From Macrostomum lignano (Eukaryota): 27,024 nt of DNA. The stretch covers positions 1 through 27,024 of the forward strand of contig NIVC01005071.1 in assembly GCA_002269645.1 (NCBI GenBank), given 5' to 3'. This document shows, one piece after another, positions 21,627-27,024 of the stretch. The position numbers and the translations under genes were made by a program. Under the pieces are notes generated by a model. The model ran no database searches. It had not been told where the DNA came from and saw only the letters and a program-made list of their open reading frames with translations. How positions within the stretch are numbered: the stretch's first letter is position 1; every line of letters begins with the position of its first letter.

Positions 21627-21783
21627 CTGGGAGGGCGGGGGCGACGGCGAGTTTTAGGCGAAAAGTGAGACGGTTGGAGAGGAGGGAATTGGGGCGGCTT
21701 GTTTGAGTAAATAGAGCTGCTTTATATAGGCTAAGGAACGGATGTCGTGACTCGTGAGATAGATTGACTGCAAACTTTGCAGA

Positions 21784-22108
<325 letters not shown>

Positions 22109-22690
22109 AGGAGAAGCAGAATATCCAAACAGAGTCCCGCTTTGCAGACACTCAGTAGCGCTCGCTGCCAGCGGCTTAACCTCCCGTGCCCTCAGCCGTC
22201 CTCCCCGCCCCCATTCCCGGGCTGCCCGAAGGAAAAGTGCAGCAGCACCCAACAGCTAACAGCAACTCCCTGGTCGCTGCGGCCCCGGAGCCAGACTCTC
22301 CGCAAAACCGCATCCGGCACAGGGAGAGGGGGAAACGGAGAGCCCGCGCACTGCACACGGAGCCCATTTTTCTTCCACATAAAAGATTAGAAAAATTCCA
22401 CATTCCCTTAAGTCCTTTCCTCACGATCGTTTCCCCGAAACCTCCCAGCATCCTTCTTCATCCCTTGCCCACTAGGGGGGGGGGTGTGGATCCTCGCAAC
22501 CAGGAAGACTTCAAAACTCCCTTCAGAATATTTTTGTCCCAGCAGCGGAGGCAGCGAAGATGATCCCATCTGGCACGTGGAGCTTGACTAAATATTTGTT
22601 TTTTGTTTAATAGCAACATTTTGTAAAGAAGCACTTAATAAGTGCGCACAGTGTACTGTAAAGCTAATTAATAATTAATTAGGGATTCAC

Positions 22691-22780
22691 CTTTCGGCGG
22701 AAAGTAGGTCTTGCTGTCCTGCTTGTGCGGCCAGTCAATTGTGAGGGGCCCGAACCGGCGAAAGGCATTGCCGATCTCGT
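22691..22780 (-). CDS. cpeb: CPEB internal exon (90 nt), first half of RRM1; missed by the ORF track
   Basis: Reverse complement TCTTCAG|AC GAG ATC GGC AAT GCC TTT CGC CGG TTC GGG CCC...: (D)EIGNAFRRFGPLTIDWPHKQDSKTYFPPK(G)|GTGAAT, matching CPEB DEI..FRRFG.L.VDWPHK.ESKSYFPPKG. Phase 1 at both ends. Confidence 0.96.
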
Positions 22781-22919
22781 CTGAAGAGAGGGGGTCATTC
22801 AGTCATGAAGTTTCTGACTAGGAAAGTTCACGAACCGGAAAAAAACAACAAAAAAATATATTTACTAAAATATCGTAAGAATGATCACCGAACACTAAGC
22901 ATTCACTAACTTGTAAATA

Positions 22920-25700
22920 GGATTCACTAATCCAAAGATTCACCAACCCGAAGATTCACCAACCCGAAGATTCACCAATAGGAGACACTGATAAGACCCG
23001 AAGATTCACCAACCCGAAGATTCACCAATAGGAGACACTGATAAGACCCGAAGATTCACCAACCCGAAGATTCACCAATAGGAGACACTGATAAGACCCG
23101 AAGATTCACCAAACCGAAGATTATCCAAAAGGAGACACTGATAAGATTCACCAAACCGAAGATTCACTAACCCGAAGATTCACTAACCCGAAGATTCACT
23201 AACCCAGAGATTCACCAACCCGAAGATTTACTAACACGAAGATTCACCAAACCGAAGATTCTCCAATAGGAGACACTGATACCCGAAGATTCACCAAACC
23301 GAAGATTCACCAAACCGAAGATTCACCAAAAGAAGATTCACCAAAAGATTCACTAACCCGAAGATTCACCAAACCGAAGATTCACTAACCGAAGATTCAT
23401 TAACCCGAAGATTCACTAACACGAAGATTCACCAACCCGAAGATTCACCAAACCGAAGATTCACCAAACCGAAGATTCACCAATAGGAGACACTGATAAG
23501 ACCCGAAGATTCACCAACCCGAAGATTCACTAACCCGAAGATTCACCAACCCGGAGATTCACCAACCCGAAGATTCACTAACCGAAGATTCACCAACCCG
23601 AAGATTCACTAACACGAAGATTCACCAACCCGAAAGATTCACTAACACGAAGATTCACCAACCCGAAGATTTACTAACACGAAGATTCACCAACCCAAGA
23701 TTCACTAACACGAAGATTCACCAACCCAAAGATTTACTAACACGAAGATTCACCAACCCAAGATTCACTAACACGAAGATTCACCAAACCGAAGATTCAC
23801 TAACACGAAGATTCACCAACCCGAAGATTCACTAACACGAAGATTCACCAACCCGAAGATTCACCAAACGAAGATTCACCAAACCGAAGATTCACCAACA
23901 CTGAAGATTCACCAACCCGAAGATTCACTAACCCGAAGATTCACCAACCCGAAGATTCACTAACCCGAAGATTCACCAACCCGAAGATTCACTAACACGA
24001 AGATTCACCAACCCAAAGATTCACTAACACGAAGATTCACCAACCCGAAGATTTACTAACACGAAGATTCACCAACCCGAAGATTCACTAACACGAAGAT
24101 TCACCAACCCGAAGATTTACTAACACGAAGATTCACCAACCGAAGATTCACTAACACGAAGATTCACCAACCCGAAGATTTACTAACACGAAGATTCACC
24201 AACCCGAAGATTCACTAACACGAAGATTCACCAACCCGAAGATTTACTAACACGAAGATTCACCAACCCGAAGATTCACTAACACGAAGATTCACCAACC
24301 CGAAGATTTACTAACACGAAGATTCACCAACCCGAAGATTCACTAACACGAAGATTCACCAACCCGAAGATTTACTAACACGAAGATTCACCAACCCGAA
24401 GATTCACTAACACGAAGATTCACCAACCCGAAGATTTACTAACACGAAGATTCACCAACCCGAAGATTCACTAACACGAAGATTCACCAACCCGAAGATT
24501 TACTAACACGAAGATTCACCAACCCGAAGATTTACTAACACGAAGATTCACCAACCGAAGATTTACTAACACGAAGATTCACCAACCCGAAGATTTACTA
24601 ACACGAAGATTCACCAACCCGAAGATTCACTAACAACGAAGATTCACCAACCGAAGATTCACCAACCCGGAGATTCACCAACCCGAAGATTCACTAACAC
24701 GAAGATTCACCAACCGAAGATTCACCAACCGAAGATTCACCAACCCGAAGATTCACCAACCCGAAGATTCACCAATAGGAGACACTGATAAGACCGAAGA
24801 TTCACCAAACCGAAGATTCACTAACACGAAGATTCACCAACCGAAGATTCACCAACCGAAGATTCACCAATAGGAGACACTGATAAGACCCGAAGATTCA
24901 CCAAATCCGAAGATTCACCAATAGGAGACACTGATAAGACCCGAAGATTCACCAAATCGAAGATTCACCAACCGAAGATTCACTAACCCGAAGATTTACT
25001 AACACGAAGATTCACCAAACCGAAGATTCTCCAATAGGAGACACTGATAAGACCAAAGATTCACCAAACCGAAGATTCTCCAATAGGAGACCAATAGAAG
25101 ATTCACTGAAAGACCCGAAGATTCACCAATAGGAGATTCACTGATAAGACCCGAAGATTCACCAAACCGAAGATTCACTAACCCGAAGATTCACCAACCC
25201 GAAGATTCACTAACACGAAGATTCACCAACCCGAAGATTCACCAAACCGAAGATTCACCAAACCGAAGATTCACAATAGGAGACACTGATAAGACCCGAA
25301 GATTCACCAACCGGAGATTCACCAACCCGAAGATTCACTAACCCGAAGATTCACCAACCCGGAGATTCACCAACCCGAAGATTCACTAACCCGAAGATTT
25401 ACTAACACGAAGATTCACCAACCGAAGATTCACTAACACGAAGATTCACCAACCCGAAGATTCACCAAACCGAAGATTCACCAAACCGAAGATTCACCAA
25501 TAGGAGACACTGATAAGACCCGAAGATTCACCAACCGGAGATTCACCAACCGAAGATTCACTAACCCGAAGATTCACCAACCCGGAGATTCACCAACCGA
25601 AGATTCACTAACCCGAAGATTTACTAACACGAAGATTCACCAACCCGAAGATTTACTAACACGAAGATTCACCAACCCGAAGATTCACTACCCGAATGTT
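22920..25700. repeat. 16-bp minisatellite (AACCCGAAGATTCACC / AACACGAAGATTCACT) with 32-, 50- and 64-bp higher-order units, in CPEB intron 22781-26241
   Basis: Periodicity read directly. Degenerate remnants at 25740-25790 and 26110-26170. Confidence 0.96.
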
Positions 25701-25789
25701 CACAAACCGAAAATCTTGAGTCGGAGAATTTATAAGCCTAAAGATTCACCAACTGGAAGTTTCACAAACGCATAGAAGATTTACTAACA

Positions 25790-26104
25790 CAACAATAATA
25801 TATAACAATCGATTACCCCTGCCCCTGCCCCACTATACAGATGTGCAACCGACAGCTCAGCCGCAGCTATTGCGCGGCGCATCTGAAGGCTGCGTACGGC
25901 TGTTCAGTCCAAGGACTGGGGGTCGCCACACACAGCCTCAATTACCCCAGCTAATGCTGGCACCCATTTTACAGCTGGGTGAACTGAAGCAATGCAGAGT
26001 TAGGTGTCTTCCTCAAGAACACAAATTGTTCTGAGTGGTTCAAGAATCGAACCCACGACCTTCCAGTCGTGAGTCCGACGCTCTGACCACTAGGCTACAG
26101 CCCA
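25790..26104 (-). mobile_element. tRNA-derived SINE with a MIR/CORE-like central domain
   Basis: Minus strand: tRNA-like head with box A TAGCCTAGTGG (26097-26087) and box B GGTTCGATTC (26053-26044). Then TGTGTTCTTGAGGAAGACACCTAACTCTGCATTGCTTCAGTTCACCCAGCTGTAAAATGGG (26023-25963), aligning by eye to the MIR core (TGTGACCTTGGGCAAGTCACTTAAC..CTCAGTTTCCTCATCTGTAAAATGGG). AT-rich tail; 3' boundary approximate, no clear TSD. Confidence 0.8.
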
Positions 26105-26241
26105 CAAAAAATCACCAATCTCACTAACCCGAAGATTCACAGATCTGTAGAAGATTCACCAACCCAAAGCTTCACTATCTTAAGATCTCGTCAACCAGCA
26201 AAGTGAACGAAACGGTCACACCGATCCCGGCAAACTCTGAC

Positions 26242-26447
26242 CTTCGTCAATGTCGGGCGGCAGGCCGCCAACGAAGACTTTTCCTGCTGAATCGCTCCTC
26301 AGAGCGGACAGCGGCGAGAGCGGCGTTACCATTGGAGTCCATCGCGCCGGCTGTAGCGTCGACGCTGTCAAGACAAGACCTCAGGCTGTCCAGCGGATTC
26401 CCTGTCCAGTCTAAGTTGCTGTGAAATTGTTTGCTGTTCGTTGCCAT
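26242..26447 (-). CDS. cpeb: CPEB exon entering RRM1, with a +1 frameshift at 26279-26282; 5' boundary uncertain
   Basis: ..AVRSEERFSRK, then with one A removed, VFVGGLPPDIDE(G|GTCAGA donor at 26241). The phase-1 donor joins the 22780 exon as GAC. Confidence 0.85.
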
Positions 26448-26463
26448 GACGACGAGGAGTTAC

Positions 26464-27024
26464 CGTGTCTCTGCTGCCATTTATTTGTCACAGACCAAGC
26501 TGTTGATGGAGACAACTGGCCGCCATTGCTGGAGAACCCGATGGTCCTCCTCCATTGCTCCATCCTTTGTGCCGCGGCCCTGACCTCCCTGCTGCTGCTG
26601 CTGCTGCGAATTGCCATTGAAGTTTGACGGCCCAGAACGTCCACCGCCGCCAGTGATGGGCCGCTTCTGCTGGTTGCTGCTGTCCGCGAGGCGGCGCACT
26701 GCAAACTGCTGCTGCTGAATGCCTGGAAACTCTTCTGGCCAAGCGAGGATGGCGGAGGAAGGCAGGTCAGCTGAGCCAGCAGTTGATCAGCTGTTTGCAT
26801 CCAGTCGATGTTAGCGCTCTGCTGCTGCTGATGCTGCTGAGCGCGGCAGCAGTGGCATGAAGTCGGCGTCCGCAAACAGCTGGGTTGATTCAGCATTGGA
26901 AGTGGTTGCTGTGAGGAAGTTCAGCGTGGCGCTTGGTCTTCGCTATGGCTGTTAGCAAAGGCTGAGGCACTCGAGCCTGTTGCTTGTCGATGTTAATAGC
27001 TGAGACACGTCTGGACCAGCAGCC
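26464..27024 (-). CDS. Probable CPEB low-complexity N-terminal region, frame unresolved, open at the window end
   Basis: GC-rich with CAG runs, directly upstream of the RRM1 exon. No single minus frame is open across it, so indels and/or a short intron are required. Confidence 0.45.

Noticed and set aside
22215-22290. Resemblance to the CPEB3 HDV-like ribozyme (GGGGCCGCAGC...GCAGCCC on the minus strand)
   Set aside because: I could not form P2, P3/L3 and the catalytic J4/2 in the required order; the similarity is limited to short G/C-rich words.
26035-26104. Possible tRNA gene
   Set aside because: The T-stem pairs poorly, there is no 3' acceptor strand, and the sequence continues into a CORE domain, so it is a SINE head.
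26279-26282. Programmed ribosomal frameshift in CPEB
   Set aside because: No canonical slippery heptamer, no precedent I know of in this family, and other indel-like noise nearby; error or mutation is simpler.

Overview
Eukaryotic (metazoan) genomic DNA with GC-rich exons separated by introns and spacers filled with unrelated tandem repeats. This style is reminiscent of a lophotrochozoan such as the flatworm Macrostomum; that is inference only. Three genes can be built by hand. (1) A 3-exon alpha-carbonic anhydrase on + (5096-5371, 8559-8898, 9365-9807; 352 aa) with a signal peptide, intact Zn-binding histidines and a hydrophobic, possibly GPI-type C-terminus. (2) An intronless 325-aa putative secreted protein of unknown function on - (12641-13618). 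(3) The 3' part of a CPEB2/3/4 (Orb2-type) gene on - (exons 26242-~26447, 22691-22780, 21508-21626, 18463-18990). Its 5' exon carries a one-base frameshift at the start of RRM1, and it has a probable ~3.8-kb U-rich 3'UTR. The window also holds a >=4.6-kb 20-bp satellite at its start, about ten further tandem arrays, and a tRNA-headed CORE-type SINE. There is no CRISPR, rRNA or intact tRNA, and I cannot demonstrate a novel system. The best leads are an old ~34-bp array with conserved GTCACGTGAC E-box cores plus nuclear-receptor elements in the last CPEB intron, the orphan secreted protein, and the CPE/poly(A) layout of the CPEB 3'UTR. Both window ends show indel noise that may be assembly error.
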